A stretch of DNA of 46,927 nucleotides from Chloroflexota bacterium (GCA_043743315.1 JAYTWS010000176.1:1-46927), one strand, 5' to 3'; positions 1-11,434 are shown, counted from the first letter of the stretch. Translations and numbers: made by a program. The notes: generated by a model from the sequence alone, not told the origin.

Positions 1-44
1 GGTAACTCGGATCAGGCCGACAGCCCGGCACCCGGCGACGCTCC

Positions 45-3000
45 GTGACCGCTCCGGCGCGGTTGCTCTCGGTCCGGTTGCAGGGCTTCAAGTCCTTCGC
101 GGAACGGACGCTTGTCACGTTTGGGCCCGGGATCAGTGCGGTCGTCGGCCCGAACGGTTCCGGCAAGAGTAACCTCGCCGATGCCCTGCGCTGGGCCCTC
201 GGCGAACAGGGCCGAGCCCTCCGTTCGCGGAAGTCGGAGGATGTTATCTGGGCCGGCTCCGAGCGCCGGTCGGCCGTCGGCATGGCCGACGTCCAGCTGA
301 CCCTCGATAACGCTGATTCGATGCTGCCGGTCGACTTTGCGGTGGTCGAGCTCGGGCGCCGACTCTATCGATCGGGCGAGAACGAATACCTGTTGAACCG
401 CCAGCGGGTCCGGCTCCGCGACCTGGTCGATCTCCTCGACTCGGCCCACCTCGCTGAGAACGCATTCCTGTTCATCGGGCAGGGGATGGTGGATCAGGCC
501 CTGGCCCTGCGCCCCGAGGAACGACGCCCGCTGTTCGAGGAAGTCGCCGGCGTTCGTCGACACGAGCGCCGCCGCCGACGCGCCGAGGACCAGCTCGTCG
601 AGTCGGAGGCCAACCTGGCCCGGGTCGACGACATCGTCGCCGAGCTGCGGCCGCAGGTTCGGCGTCTGGCCGCCCAAGCCGAGCAGGCGGCGTCCCGCAT
701 GTCGGCAGGGGACGAATTGCTCGAGGCCCTGCTCACGAGCGCGCACGCCCGTTGGTACGACGCCTCGGTTCAGATTGCCGGGGCCGCCGATTCGCTCCGA
801 CGGCGGCGGAAGGAGATTGACGACTCCCTCAGCGAGCTGTCGCTGCTCGAGGGCGCTTCGGCCGCCGCCGCGCAGGCCCTCGACGAGCGCGCCCGAACCG
901 GTGACGAGTTGCGGCGCGCTGCAGAACAGGCGCGCTCGAACCTGACAGCGGCACAGCTCGAAGAGGGTCGGCAGCAGGCCGAACGCGCCGCAATTGCAAG
1001 GGATCAGACCCGCCTCGCGGAGGAACGGACCGCAGCAGATGCCGATCTCGCGGTACAGCGTCGCCGCCTTGCCGTGCCGATTCCCGAACGGGACGCGCCG
1101 CTGGCCCGTGCCCTCGGTGAAGCGGATCATGAACTTGCCGCCGCGCTTGCGGAGCTCGTCCACCTTCAGAGCGCCGACCGGGCTCAGGACGCCGATGAGG
1201 CGGCCCTCCGCCGGGCGGCACAGGCCCGCGCGGCCGAGGCAGAGCAGGCGCAACGACGCCTGGCAGACGCGCAACGGCACGCGGGCGAGGAGCGGGATCG
1301 TGCCGCCGTCACCGATGAGCGCGTCCGGATCGCCGATGCGGCCCACCGCGAGACTTCCGCGCGCCTGTCGGCGGCCACGGACGGAGAGCGGGCAGCATCC
1401 CAGCGGCGCGTTGAGGCTGCCGGGACCCTGGAGCAGGCGTCGGCCGTCGCCGCGACCACGGCCGACCGAGCAAGTTCCGCCGCATCCGCACTTGCCGCCG
1501 CCCACGCCAGGGTCGAGTCGAGCGCAGCCGCCATCGAAGACGATCGATCGTCCGGGTTCGCGGCTCGCATGCGGGGTCGTGGAGCTCGCCGGCTCGACGA
1601 GGGGATCGTGGTCGACCCGGGCCTGCGTGGCGCGATCGATGCGGCCCTGGCCGGCGCGGGCCGCGCCTACCTCACCACACGGGACGGGCTCGTCGAGCAC
1701 CAGGATGAGCGTGGCCTCGCAATCGTCGTCGATGGCATCGAGGCTCCGGGGTCGTCACATCCGGCTCCGCCGGACGGAAGTCCCGAAGCGATGCTGCTCA
1801 GCAGGGTCTCGGCGGTGGGCGGCGGCCTTCTCCGCGATGCCGTGCGGCGGGACACCGGAGGGGCGGCCCTGCGTCTCCTCGCGCGGGCCGTGTGGGCCCC
1901 GACCTTCAGCGATGCCCTGCAGCTCCAGCCATTCCTGCCGGCCGGTTGGGTCGTCGTCCCCCGTGATGGGTCGGCCGTGATCGGTGAGCTGACCGTCCGG
2001 CTCGGGCGGGCCGATGGGACACTCGAACGACGTGCCCAGCACGAACGGGCGGCTGACGAGCATCGCGCCGCCGAGGTCGAGGCTTCGGGCGCCGCCGCCG
2101 CGGCCACGGCCGCCGCCGAACGTCAGGCCACCGCGCGCGCAGCCCTCGACGAGGCACGTGCCGTCGAGGCGGCCGCAGTCGCTGAGCGGCGCCGTACTGA
2201 GGAGCAGGAACGCCTCGCTGCGCGGAGCCTCGAGGCGCTCGTTCGGGAAGCGGCCTGGCAGGCCGCCCAGGTCCAGCGGTTTGTCGAGGAGGTCGAGCGA
2301 GCGACGGCATCGGTTCCGCCCGCCCAGGCGTCGCTCGCCCCGTCCACGGACGCCTCGAAGCACGAGGCGGTGGCCACCTGGACGTCAAGGGTCGAGGAGC
2401 TGCGCACCCGGCGGGACCGACTTGCCGAAGAGGTGGGTCAGCTCGATGCCACGCGACGCGACGCGGAACGTGTCCGGGCGTCGGCCGAGGCTTCGATCGG
2501 GCTGGATGAGTCACGGATCCTGGCTGTCGACCAGGCAGTGGCAGCGATGGCGGCTCGAGATCGGGCCCTCGCGGCCGAGATCGACCTGTTGGCCGCGCGC
2601 CTGGCGGCTGCGAATGCGCGCGAGGAAGAAGCCCGCGCGGCCGTCGTTGCGCTGACGGCCGCCGACGCCGACGAGCGCGCGCGCTTGAGCTCCGCGGAGC
2701 GCGCATCGGCGGTCGCCCGTGATCGATTGCGATCCGCCGAGGATGCTGCCCGTTCGGCGGAGCACCGCGATCTGGAGGTCCGCCTCGGGCTCGAGGCGCT
2801 TCGAGAGCAGTTGCTTGCCGAACTCGCCGGCTTGAATCCGCGGAGCCTTCGCCATCTCTCGGCGATCACGGACGATTCCGGCATCGCGGCGCTGTCATCG
2901 ACGGCGGAGCCATCGACGGCTGTACCGGACGGCGCGTCCGCAACCCCGTTCGACGACGATTCGAGCGACTTCGAGGACGAAGACGAGGCCGAGGCACTGG

Positions 3001-3764
3001 TCGCCGCCCTGGAGCGCGCTGGCGGGGTCTGGGCGACGAGCCCGCCACGGGCCCCCGCACCGACCCAGGGACGCCTCGGCTCCCTGCGTCGGCGATACCA
3101 CGAACTCGGCGCCGCGAGCCCGTTCGCGGTCGACGAATATGCGTCGGTTCGTGCGCGCCTGGAGCTTCTCGACGGCCAGGAGGCCGACCTTCGGACGGCC
3201 ATCGAGCAGACGCGAACCCTGATCGCCGAGCTCGACTCGATGATCTCGGACCAATTCCGGACGACCTTCAGCGCGCTCGAGGCGGCCTTCGACCGACGGT
3301 TCCAGCAGCTATTCGGTGGCGGCTATGCCCGGTTATCCCTGACCGACCCGGGCGACCTCGCAGCGACCGGCATCGACATCGTTGCGCGCCCTCCGGGCAA
3401 GAAGGCCCAGCCTCTGGCAATGCTCTCAGGCGGCGAGCGCGCGCTGACCGCGGTGGCGCTGCTCTTCGCGATGCTCGAGGTCCGGCCCGTTCCGTTCTGC
3501 GTGCTTGACGAGGTGGATGCCGCGCTCGACGAGGCCAACATCGGCCGATTCACGGCCGCCCTTCGCGAGCTGGCCGAGTCGACCCAGTTCGTCGTCATCA
3601 CCCACAACCGGGGGACGATCGAGATCGCGGACGCGCTCTATGGGGTCACCGTCGGGGACGATTCCGTGTCGCGGGTCATCAGCCTCCGACTCGATGAGGC
3701 GACCGCGCTGGCGGACAACGACCGGGGTGCCGAATCCATCGGCTCGGGCATGGGCTCGGCATGA
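45..3764 (+). CDS. smc: Chromosome segregation protein SMC
   Basis: GFKSF, Walker [10 protein letters not shown], long coiled coils, LSGGE signature, Walker B/D-loop [12 protein letters not shown]; upstream of ftsY. Confidence 0.95.
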   Translation: MTAPARLLSVRLQGFKSFAERTLVTFGPGISAVVGPNGSGKSNLADALRWALGEQGRALRSRKSEDVIWAGSERRSAVGMADVQLTLDNADSMLPVDFAVVELGRRLYRSGENEYLLNRQRVRLRDLVDLLDSAHLAENAFLFIGQGMVDQALALRPEERRPLFEEVAGVRRHERRRRRAEDQLVESEANLARVDDIVAELRPQVRRLAAQAEQAASRMSAGDELLEALLTSAHARWYDASVQIAGAADSLRRRRKEIDDSLSELSLLEGASAAAAQALDERARTGDELRRAAEQARSNLTAAQLEEGRQQAERAAIARDQTRLAEERTAADADLAVQRRRLAVPIPERDAPLARALGEADHELAAALAELVHLQSADRAQDADEAALRRAAQARAAEAEQAQRRLADAQRHAGEERDRAAVTDERVRIADAAHRETSARLSAATDGERAASQRRVEAAGTLEQASAVAATTADRASSAASALAAAHARVESSAAAIEDDRSSGFAARMRGRGARRLDEGIVVDPGLRGAIDAALAGAGRAYLTTRDGLVEHQDERGLAIVVDGIEAPGSSHPAPPDGSPEAMLLSRVSAVGGGLLRDAVRRDTGGAALRLLARAVWAPTFSDALQLQPFLPAGWVVVPRDGSAVIGELTVRLGRADGTLERRAQHERAADEHRAAEVEASGAAAAATAAAERQATARAALDEARAVEAAAVAERRRTEEQERLAARSLEALVREAAWQAAQVQRFVEEVERATASVPPAQASLAPSTDASKHEAVATWTSRVEELRTRRDRLAEEVGQLDATRRDAERVRASAEASIGLDESRILAVDQAVAAMAARDRALAAEIDLLAARLAAANAREEEARAAVVALTAADADERARLSSAERASAVARDRLRSAEDAARSAEHRDLEVRLGLEALREQLLAELAGLNPRSLRHLSAITDDSGIAALSSTAEPSTAVPDGASATPFDDDSSDFEDEDEAEALVAALERAGGVWATSPPRAPAPTQGRLGSLRRRYHELGAASPFAVDEYASVRARLELLDGQEADLRTAIEQTRTLIAELDSMISDQFRTTFSALEAAFDRRFQQLFGGGYARLSLTDPGDLAATGIDIVARPPGKKAQPLAMLSGGERALTAVALLFAMLEVRPVPFCVLDEVDAALDEANIGRFTAALRELAESTQFVVITHNRGTIEIADALYGVTVGDDSVSRVISLRLDEATALADNDRGAESIGSGMGSA

Positions 3765-4690
3765 CTGACGAGCCGGTCGAGGCGAGTCGCGGAGGCGAGC
3801 TCGCCACCGGCGTCGCGCGGTCCAGGGGCGGCTTCATGTCCCGCCTTCGCGGACTCTTCGGATCGGCGTCGTTTCCGGAAGAGGCCTGGCAATCGGCGGA
3901 GGAGGCGCTCATCGCGGGCGATCTCGGTCCAGGACTCGCCGCCCGCGTCGTGGAACGTGCCCGTGTCGATCGTGTTGCCGAGACCCCGGGCGCTGCCATT
4001 CGCGCCGCGCTGGCGTCGATGCTCCTGCCCCGCGACGCGCACCCCTGGCGGCAATCGTCGGGGAATGGCGAACCGGTCGTCGTGCTCGTCGTCGGCGTCA
4101 ATGGGACCGGCAAGACCACCACCATCGGCAAGCTCGCGGTGCGCGAAGCGGCGGCCGGCCGCCGGGTCGTCCTGGCTGCCGCCGATACCTTCCGGGCGGC
4201 GGCTGCCGACCAGCTGCGGATCTGGGCCGACCGAGCCGGGGCCGACATCGTTTCCCATGCGCCGGGCGCGGACCCGGGCGCGGTTGTCTTCGATGCGCTC
4301 GATGCCGGGATCGCGAGGCATGCCGATGTCGTCATCGTCGACACCGCAGGGCGCCTTCACACGAAATCCAACCTGATGGACGAGCTGGCCAAGATCCGCC
4401 GGATCATCGACAAGCGAATGCCGGGCGTCGAGCCCGAAACGCTGTTCGTGCTCGATGCCACGACCGGCCAGAACGGGCTGGCACAGGCGGTCGCGTTCCA
4501 TCGTGTCGTCGGCCTGACCGGCGTCGTCCTGACCAAGCTCGACTCGACCGCTCGTGGCGGGATCGTCTTCGCGATCGAGGATCAGCTGCGGGTTCCGGTC
4601 GTCTACGTCGGGGTCGGGGAGGGCCCGGAAGACCTTGTGCCGTTCGATCCCGACGCGTTCGTGGCGGCCCTGTATGGCGAGGGTCCATGA
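3761..4690 (+). CDS. ftsY: SRP receptor FtsY (short NG form)
   Basis: [30 protein letters not shown] motifs; ATGA overlap with smc. Confidence 0.96.
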   Translation: MTDEPVEASRGGELATGVARSRGGFMSRLRGLFGSASFPEEAWQSAEEALIAGDLGPGLAARVVERARVDRVAETPGAAIRAALASMLLPRDAHPWRQSSGNGEPVVVLVVGVNGTGKTTTIGKLAVREAAAGRRVVLAAADTFRAAAADQLRIWADRAGADIVSHAPGADPGAVVFDALDAGIARHADVVIVDTAGRLHTKSNLMDELAKIRRIIDKRMPGVEPETLFVLDATTGQNGLAQAVAFHRVVGLTGVVLTKLDSTARGGIVFAIEDQLRVPVVYVGVGEGPEDLVPFDPDAFVAALYGEGP

Positions 4691-5628
4691 CGCGACCTCG
4701 GTTGACGATCCGACCGTGGGGCTCGGTCCGCGCCGCGCTGGTGGCGACCGTTTCGTTCGTGCTCGCGCTCGCGGTCGCAGGCTGCGGGCCCGTGGTCTCG
4801 GACCCCCCATCGGTCGCTCCCACGACGACGCCCCTGCCGACCCCGGTCACGACCAGCTACGTGCTCGAGACGACGGCGTGGTACGCCGGCCTGATCATCC
4901 ACGTCGATGCCGCCAGCTCGGTCCTCGATGAAGGTGGCGGGGCCGTCACCGTGGATCTTCGCCTCGAGAACCCCGCAACCGAACTCGCGACGCTGAACGT
5001 CGCCGTCCTCCTCGCGGCTGGGGGACGCGCCGTGGAGCCCATTCGAGGGACCGTCCTCCCCGATGTGCCGCCCGGCACGTCGGTAGGCACCACGCTCCGG
5101 TTCGACGTGGACGGGACGTTCGATATCCCCAATGCCGCCCTTCGGATCGGGCGGACGGCCGAGCACATCGTGATCATCCCGCTCGTGCCGGGGAGCCAGG
5201 CTGCCTCGACGCTCGAGCCGAGGTCCCTGGCCCTGACGGGATCGGCGACGGCGGGTTCGTTGACGGTGACGCTCGGCGGCGGCGAGATCCGTGCCGATCT
5301 CCCGGACTGGGGTCTCGAGTTGCCGCGCGCCGTGATGGCGCTTTCGGTGACCTACACGGCCCGATATCGAGGCGACTTTCGGGGCGGGTTCGCGTTCACC
5401 GGTGCGAACCTCGGGCTTCGCCTGCCGGACGGGACCTTGGTCGGTGCACGGACGGACGGACATAGCCAATCCATTGCGGTCCTCGAGCCGGGGGCCGCGC
5501 TCCCGAACCTGTTCGCCCGATTCGAGGTGCCGGCGCCTGCCACAGGCATGTATGCGCTGATCGTCCGCGATGGATCCGCGCGCTCCGCGATCCCATTCAC
5601 CATCGACGCGGCGGACCCGCCCGGTTGA
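4687..5628 (+). CDS. Putative lipoprotein, two beta-rich domains
   Basis: Basic N-terminus, hydrophobic stretch and lipobox-like LAVAGC, Pro/Thr linker; ATGA overlap with ftsY. Confidence 0.75.
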   Translation: MTRPRLTIRPWGSVRAALVATVSFVLALAVAGCGPVVSDPPSVAPTTTPLPTPVTTSYVLETTAWYAGLIIHVDAASSVLDEGGGAVTVDLRLENPATELATLNVAVLLAAGGRAVEPIRGTVLPDVPPGTSVGTTLRFDVDGTFDIPNAALRIGRTAEHIVIIPLVPGSQAASTLEPRSLALTGSATAGSLTVTLGGGEIRADLPDWGLELPRAVMALSVTYTARYRGDFRGGFAFTGANLGLRLPDGTLVGARTDGHSQSIAVLEPGAALPNLFARFEVPAPATGMYALIVRDGSARSAIPFTIDAADPPG

Positions 5629-5733
5629 TGCGCTACACTCGGTAGACCCGGTGTCGCCAGAATCCGCGCACCAACCAGCCCGCCCCATGGCGCGGTGCCG
5701 GCACCGAGATCGCCCAGGAGACCTGTCCGACCC

Positions 5734-7062
5734 GTGTTCGATGCTCTGAGCGATCGCCTGCGCCAGGCGCTCGCAACGCTGACCGGCCGTGGCCGGATCA
5801 CCGAAGCCGACCTCGATGTCGCGTTACGCGAGATTCGACTGTCGCTGCTCGAAGCAGACGTCAATTTCCGGGTCGTGAAGGACTTCATCGCGCGGATACG
5901 GGAACAGGCGCTCGGGGCGGAAATTCTGGGCAGTGTCACGGCGGGGCAACAGGTCGTCAAGATCGTGCACGACGAGCTGGTCGTGCTGCTTGGAACCGGC
6001 GACGCGTCGTTCCGGCTGCAGGGCAATCCGGCGGTCGTCGTCCTGGTCGGGCTCCAGGGCTCGGGCAAGACCACGACGTCCGCAAAACTCGCGAAACACA
6101 TCGTCAAGCTCGGTCGCCGGCCCCTGCTCGTCGCGGCTGACCCGTATCGACCGGCGGCTGGTGACCAGCTCGAGATCCTCGGGCGTGCCCTCGACATTCC
6201 GGTCCATCGAGCCGTGGCCGGCACGACCGTGGTGGACATCGCCCTCGGCGGCCTCGCGGCGGCGAGGCGACTCGTTCGCGACACGGTGATCATCGACACG
6301 GCTGGTCGGCTCACGATCGACGATGACCTCATGGCCGAGATTGCGGCCCTCAACACCGCCGTCCATCCCGTCGAGACGCTGCTCGTGGTCGATGCCATGA
6401 CCGGTCAGGAGGCCGTGAGCGTCGCCCAGGCGTTCGCGGCAGCGGTGCCGGTGACCGGACTGGTCCTGACCAAGGTGGATGGCGATGCCCGCGGTGGCGC
6501 GGCCCTGTCGATCGCCTCGATGGCCGGCATTCCCGTCAAGTTCCTGGGCACCGGCGAAAAGTCGGACGCGCTCGAGGTCTTCCATCCCGATCGGCTCGCC
6601 GGGCGGATCCTGGGCATGGGCGATGTCCTGACCCTCGTTGAGCGGGCGCAGGAGGTCGTTGACGTTGCCTCGGCCCAGAAGCTCGAGGCGAAGCTGCGCA
6701 AGGCGGAATTCACCCTCGAGGACATGCTCGAGCAGCTCCAACAGGTCCAGAAGATGGGGCCGATCGGCCAGTTGATGTCAATGGTCCCGGGTATGGGCGG
6801 GCTGGCCAAGGAAGCGCAGGCCGCCGTCGATCGCGGTGAGATGCGTCGAACCGAGGCCATCATCCGCTCGATGACGGCGCGCGAGCGTCGCGATCCGGGC
6901 CTGCTCAATGCGTCGCGTCGCCGCCGGATTGCCACGGGCTCCGGGACAACGCTGCCGGACGTAAACCGATTGATGAAGCAGTTCGCGGACATGCAGAAGC
7001 TGATGAAGCAGATGTCAGGCATGCAGCGCAAGGGCGCTCCGGGCATGCTGGGCCGGAGGTAG
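5734..7062 (+). CDS. ffh: Signal recognition particle protein Ffh
   Basis: Start moved to GTG 5734 (MFDALSDRL, AGGAG upstream); GLQGSGKTTT, DTAGR, DARGG, Met-rich M domain. Confidence 0.97.
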   Translation: MFDALSDRLRQALATLTGRGRITEADLDVALREIRLSLLEADVNFRVVKDFIARIREQALGAEILGSVTAGQQVVKIVHDELVVLLGTGDASFRLQGNPAVVVLVGLQGSGKTTTSAKLAKHIVKLGRRPLLVAADPYRPAAGDQLEILGRALDIPVHRAVAGTTVVDIALGGLAAARRLVRDTVIIDTAGRLTIDDDLMAEIAALNTAVHPVETLLVVDAMTGQEAVSVAQAFAAAVPVTGLVLTKVDGDARGGAALSIASMAGIPVKFLGTGEKSDALEVFHPDRLAGRILGMGDVLTLVERAQEVVDVASAQKLEAKLRKAEFTLEDMLEQLQQVQKMGPIGQLMSMVPGMGGLAKEAQAAVDRGEMRRTEAIIRSMTARERRDPGLLNASRRRRIATGSGTTLPDVNRLMKQFADMQKLMKQMSGMQRKGAPGMLGRR

Positions 7063-7064
7063 CC

Positions 7065-8819
7065 ATGAACGATCAGGGTCCCACCCCGGAGGCTTCGAGC
7101 GAACCCAAAGTCGCGAGCCCATCTCATGTCACGCCCGTGCCGGAGCTCACCCCAGTGGTCGCCGCCGCTGCTATCCCTGTCGGCCCGGCACGGACCCGCT
7201 GGCTCACGGCGGGCCTCGTCTCGGTCCTGGTCATTGCGGGAGCTGTCGCAGCCGCCCTGATCCTCGGCGCCAAGCCGTTGCCCGAGGCGTTTCGGTACCT
7301 TCGCGAGGACAGCGTCATCGTGGCCGAGATCCGCCCGGATCTCCCTGGCGACCAGCGCCAGCATCTCGGCAATTTCCTCGCGCATTTCCCCGGATTCGCC
7401 GATCAATCAAACCTGTCGGAGAAGATCGACGAGACGCTCGATCGCCTGGTCGATTCGGCCTCGTCCGGCTCGGTTGACTACACGACACGGGTCAAGCCGC
7501 TCATCAGCGGCCCGATCGTCGTCGGAGCCGGCGTGGACGGGCTCAGGAATCGGGCCGCCCTCCTGGTGGCAACCACCGATGGGGTGGTGACCTGTGGCGT
7601 CGTCTTCGGGTCTGCGACCCCGCTCGAGACACATCGTGGCGTCGCCCTCGAATCCGTTGACGGGGACATGGCCTGTGCCCGCGACGGCCGGTTCATGCTC
7701 GTCGGCGATCCGGGAAGCATCCGGGCCGGCATTGACGCACACCTCGACAACAAGGGCGTCGACCGGAACAGTCGGTTCACCGCGGCCCGCCAGCGGCTGG
7801 CCGGGGATCAGGTCGCGATCGCCTACGTTGATGGCGCGGCGCTGACCACGATGGCCGAAACGTTCGCCTACAGTCTCAGCCCCGGCAGCGGCCTTGGTTC
7901 GATGATCGCCGGGAGGATCGCTGACTGGATGGTGATCGGAATGCGGGTCGTCGATGACGCAGTCCAGGTCGAAGTTCAGGCCGCGCCGATCACGGAGGAC
8001 GTTCTCCCCTCGTCGGTGCCAACCGACCCGCTCCCGGCGACCAGCCGATTCGCATCGATGTTGCCGTCGACGACGTTCGGGTTCATCGAAGTCCACGGGG
8101 TTGGAGCGAACCTTCAGCGCGCGCTGGCCATCGTGAAGAGCGATCCGTCCCAATCCGCCGCAGTCAGCCAGATCGAGCAGGCGCTCGCGGCCGTCGGCGG
8201 CGTCCAGAACGTCGCCGCATGGATCGAGGATGCCGGCATCGCCGTCGTTCCCGCCGGCGATGACGTCGGCGGAGCCGTGCTCCTTCGTGGATCCGATGCG
8301 GCCGCCGTCGAGAGCCGGGTGACCCAGCTCCGGAACCTGCTCGTCCTGGCCTCTACTGGAACTGATATCACGGTCCACGATACGGACCATGCCGGGATCA
8401 AGATCACGAACGTGGATCTCGGCGATCTTTCGACACTCGTTCCGGGCCTCGGTTTCAACACCCGGCCAGGCGTCGACGCGCGCCTCTCGCTGTCGATCGC
8501 CGTCCGGGACGACATACTCATCCTGGCGGTCGGTGACGGCGTCATCGAGAGCGTTCTCGACACGGCGACCGGGTCGAGCCTCAAGTCAACCGGCGCGTAC
8601 GCGCACGTGGCCGAGCTCGTCGGAAGTCCGAACGACGTCGAGGTGTTCGTCGCCATCGACGGACTCCTCGGCTATTTGAAGTCCAACCTGCCCGCCGGCC
8701 TCGATGACGCATCGTGGGTCGAATTCAAGCCGTATCTGGACCATCTCGCCGCGTTCGGCGAGGCCAACGTCACCACGGGCTCCGGCGGCAGAAGCCGTCT
8801 CGTGATCACCGTCAAGTAA
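7065..8819 (+). CDS. Membrane-anchored extracytoplasmic protein, DUF3352-like
   Basis: GGAGG RBS; single N-terminal TM helix followed by a large internally repetitive domain; family call by resemblance only. Confidence 0.6.
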   Translation: MNDQGPTPEASSEPKVASPSHVTPVPELTPVVAAAAIPVGPARTRWLTAGLVSVLVIAGAVAAALILGAKPLPEAFRYLREDSVIVAEIRPDLPGDQRQHLGNFLAHFPGFADQSNLSEKIDETLDRLVDSASSGSVDYTTRVKPLISGPIVVGAGVDGLRNRAALLVATTDGVVTCGVVFGSATPLETHRGVALESVDGDMACARDGRFMLVGDPGSIRAGIDAHLDNKGVDRNSRFTAARQRLAGDQVAIAYVDGAALTTMAETFAYSLSPGSGLGSMIAGRIADWMVIGMRVVDDAVQVEVQAAPITEDVLPSSVPTDPLPATSRFASMLPSTTFGFIEVHGVGANLQRALAIVKSDPSQSAAVSQIEQALAAVGGVQNVAAWIEDAGIAVVPAGDDVGGAVLLRGSDAAAVESRVTQLRNLLVLASTGTDITVHDTDHAGIKITNVDLGDLSTLVPGLGFNTRPGVDARLSLSIAVRDDILILAVGDGVIESVLDTATGSSLKSTGAYAHVAELVGSPNDVEVFVAIDGLLGYLKSNLPAGLDDASWVEFKPYLDHLAAFGEANVTTGSGGRSRLVITVK

Positions 8820-8864
8820 GCTACCGGGCCGGCACTGGCCCGGAACGAGGAGGAACCTGCCCAT

Positions 8865-9119
8865 ATGGCCGTTCGCATTCGACTCACGCGCGTGGGCGCG
8901 AAGAAGGCACCGACGTATCGCGTGGTCATCACCGATTCCCGGAGTGCCCGTGACAGTCGCTCGATCGAGACGATCGGGCATTACAACCCACTCGTCGAAC
9001 CGGCCGAGGTCGTGATCGACGCCGACAAGGCCAGGGCCTGGCTGGCCAAGGGCGCACAGCCCTCCGACACGGTTGCTCGGCTCCTTCGGGTGGCCGGCAT
9101 CGTGACGGCCGGAAAGTAG
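8865..9119 (+). CDS. rpsP: 30S ribosomal protein S16
   Basis: [25 protein letters not shown]; GAGGAGG RBS. Confidence 0.98.
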   Translation: MAVRIRLTRVGAKKAPTYRVVITDSRSARDSRSIETIGHYNPLVEPAEVVIDADKARAWLAKGAQPSDTVARLLRVAGIVTAGK

Positions 9120-9126
9120 GCCAGCG

Positions 9127-9360
9127 ATGGCAGCACGTGAACTCGTCGAGTACGTCGCAAAGACGCTGGTCGACGATCCCGACGCCGTCACCGTGACCGA
9201 GGTCGTGGATGCCGATGGGGTCGTGATCGAACTCCATGTCGCCGAGGAGGACATGGGCAAGGTCATTGGCCGGAATGGCAGCGTCGCCAAGGCGCTTCGA
9301 ACCCTGCTCAAGGTCACGGCCGCACGTGACGGCGGATCCGTGTCTCTGGAAATCCTCTGA
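9127..9360 (+). CDS. khpA: KH-domain RNA-binding protein KhpA
   Basis: DMGKVIGRNG KH motif; canonical position between rpsP and rimM. Confidence 0.93.
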   Translation: MAARELVEYVAKTLVDDPDAVTVTEVVDADGVVIELHVAEEDMGKVIGRNGSVAKALRTLLKVTAARDGGSVSLEIL

Positions 9361-9368
9361 GCGAGCCG

Positions 9369-10139
9369 ATGGCCGACGAGGCGTCCCGGGAGACGCTCGG
9401 CGCGACCCGACTCGTGGTCGCCCAGGTGCGTGGCCTGCACGGCCTCGATGGGGTCGTGCGGGTCGAGGTCCTCACGGATCAGCCGGAGCTGCGGTTCGCC
9501 GCGGGTGCGGTCCTGCACCGGGAGGGCGCCGACGCTGCCTTGACCATCGTCGAATCCGCGCCGGTGGAAGACGGTCCCGGCTGGCGCCTGCGCTTCGCCG
9601 AGCTTCGCTCACGGAACGGCGCAGAGTCGCTCCGAGACGTCTACCTCGAGACGGTCGTGGACCGCGCGGCCGACCTCGAGCCAGGTGCCGCGTATTGGCA
9701 CGAGGTGATCGGAGCCGAGGTCCGTGGCCTTGACGGCCGCGTCCTGGGGGTGGTGGCGGATGTCTATCGCGTCGCGACCGCCGAGATCTTCGTGGTTCGC
9801 GGCGGACCGAGTGGCGAGTTCGACCTTCCACTCGTCAAGTCCATCGTCCGCGACTTCGCCCCCGAACGAGGCGAGATCATCGTCGACGAATCGGTCCTCG
9901 ACCTCGACGCGGAGCCGGTCGACAAGCGGCCGTCCAGGCAACCCCGGAAGCGCCCGCAGTGGTCCCGCCACGGCAAGGGCGGGGCGCACGCGGATGCGCC
10001 AACCCCCGAAACGCCAGTGGACGGCGAGGTCCCCCAACCCGGCGCGGACGCTTCCGTCACCACAGCCCCGGATGGCGAAGTCCGCCAACCTGGCGCGGAC
10101 GCTTCGGTCACCCCAGCCCCGGACGGCCCCCCCGACTGA
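9369..10139 (+). CDS. rimM: Ribosome maturation factor RimM with long C-terminal tail
   Basis: HGLDGVVRV, YWHEVIG, PRC-barrel; synteny. Confidence 0.92.
   Translation: MADEASRETLGATRLVVAQVRGLHGLDGVVRVEVLTDQPELRFAAGAVLHREGADAALTIVESAPVEDGPGWRLRFAELRSRNGAESLRDVYLETVVDRAADLEPGAAYWHEVIGAEVRGLDGRVLGVVADVYRVATAEIFVVRGGPSGEFDLPLVKSIVRDFAPERGEIIVDESVLDLDAEPVDKRPSRQPRKRPQWSRHGKGGAHADAPTPETPVDGEVPQPGADASVTTAPDGEVRQPGADASVTPAPDGPPD
10020..10127 (+). repeat. 51-bp in-frame tandem duplication in rimM tail
   Basis: 10020-10070 and 10071-10121 differ at 6 nt; encode DGEVxQPGADASVTxAP twice. Confidence 0.9.
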
Positions 10140-10140
10140 C

Positions 10141-10890
10141 ATGCGGATCGACTTCATCACGCTCTTTCCGGCGATGCTCGAGGGCCCGCTCGCCGCCAGC
10201 ATTCCGGGGCGAATCCAGGAGCAGGGTCTCGTGAGCCTGCATGTCCACGACCTCCGGACCTGGGGTATCGGCCGACATCGCAGCGTGGACGACACGCCTT
10301 ACGGCGGGGGAGCCGGGATGGTCCTTCGTCCCGAACCGGTGGCCGATGCACTCGACGCGATCCGCGGACCACAGTCGACCGTGATCCTCCTCGATCCCGG
10401 AGGGGAGGTGTTCGGCCAGGCGCGAGCCGCGGACCTCGCCACCCGCGACCACCTGATCCTCATCTGCCCACGCTACGAGGGCGTCGACGATCGGATTCGC
10501 GATCTCGTCGACCTCGAGCTGTCGATCGGCGACTATGTCCTGACGGGTGGCGAGCTCCCGGCATTGGTCATCGTCGATGCGGTCATTCGGCTGCTTCCCG
10601 GTGCCATCGACCCGGCATCGACCGCCGAAGAATCCTTCACGGACGGGCTGCTCGAGTATCCCCAGTTCACGCGTCCGGCAATGTTCCGCGGCCGAGGCGT
10701 GCCGGACGTCCTGACCGGCGGCAACCACGCCGCAGTACGCGCATGGCGTCGTGAAGCGGCACTCGCGCGAACCGAGCGCCAGCGTCCGGATCTGGTGGAC
10801 GCGTACCCTCCGAATGCCGGGGAGCACGCGCCCGTCCGTCGCCCGGAGGCCCCGAGCCGCGGCGCTGCACGAGCGAAGACGTCGGACTGA
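10141..10890 (+). CDS. trmD: tRNA (guanine-N1)-methyltransferase TrmD
   Basis: ATG 10141 MRIDFITLFP; VDDTPYGGGAGM, RYEGVD, SIGDYVLTGGE. Confidence 0.97.
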   Translation: MRIDFITLFPAMLEGPLAASIPGRIQEQGLVSLHVHDLRTWGIGRHRSVDDTPYGGGAGMVLRPEPVADALDAIRGPQSTVILLDPGGEVFGQARAADLATRDHLILICPRYEGVDDRIRDLVDLELSIGDYVLTGGELPALVIVDAVIRLLPGAIDPASTAEESFTDGLLEYPQFTRPAMFRGRGVPDVLTGGNHAAVRAWRREAALARTERQRPDLVDAYPPNAGEHAPVRRPEAPSRGAARAKTSD

Positions 10891-10901
10891 CGAGGAACCC
10901 G

Positions 10902-10910
10902 TGCTATACT
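10902..10910 (+). promoter_or_regulatory. Extended -10 promoter element for rplS
   Basis: TGcTATACT in trmD-rplS intergenic region. Confidence 0.65.
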
Positions 10911-10989
10911 CCGCCGCCGGTCGAGATCGACCACCCGGATTGACCTCATCCCGCAGCCACGGCTGCCCATACGACCAGGAACCGCCACT

Positions 10990-11340
10990 GTGAACGTGCT
11001 CGACGAGATCGTCGCCGGACAGATCCGCACCGACCTGCCTGAACTCGCGACCGGTGACACCGTCCGAGTGTTCGCCCGCGTCGTCGAGGGCGGCAAGGAG
11101 CGCGTCCAGGTCTTCGAGGGCACGCTCATGCGTCTTCGGGGCGGGGGGATCACTCGTTCGATCACCGTCCGCAAGCTGGCGAGCGGCGTGGGCGTGGAGC
11201 GGACCTTCAAGGTCAACAGCCCGAGGATCGAAAAGATCGAGGTCATGCGCCACGGACAGGTCCGTCGTGCGCAGTTGTACTTCCTGCGCCAGCGGGTCGG
11301 CAAAGCCGCCACGCTTCGCGAGCGTCGTACCAACAGCTGA
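10990..11340 (+). CDS. rplS: 50S ribosomal protein L19
   Basis: [32 protein letters not shown]. Confidence 0.98.
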   Translation: MNVLDEIVAGQIRTDLPELATGDTVRVFARVVEGGKERVQVFEGTLMRLRGGGITRSITVRKLASGVGVERTFKVNSPRIEKIEVMRHGQVRRAQLYFLRQRVGKAATLRERRTNS

Positions 11341-11364
11341 CCTGCGCCCGTCTCGCACCAATCG

Positions 11365-11389
11365 CGACCCCGTCGATCAGACGGGGTCG
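11365..11389 (+). terminator. Hairpin after rplS (possible terminator or stabilising stem)
   Basis: CGACCCCGTC-gatca-GACGGGGTCG perfect 10-bp stem; only a weak U-tract. Confidence 0.5.
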
Positions 11390-11434
11390 TTCCATGTCCG
11401 ACGCCCCGGACCGCATCGGCGTAGGCTTGGTTTC

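Noticed and set aside
10917-10989. L19 leader RNA
   Set aside because: No recognisable match to the leader consensus by eye
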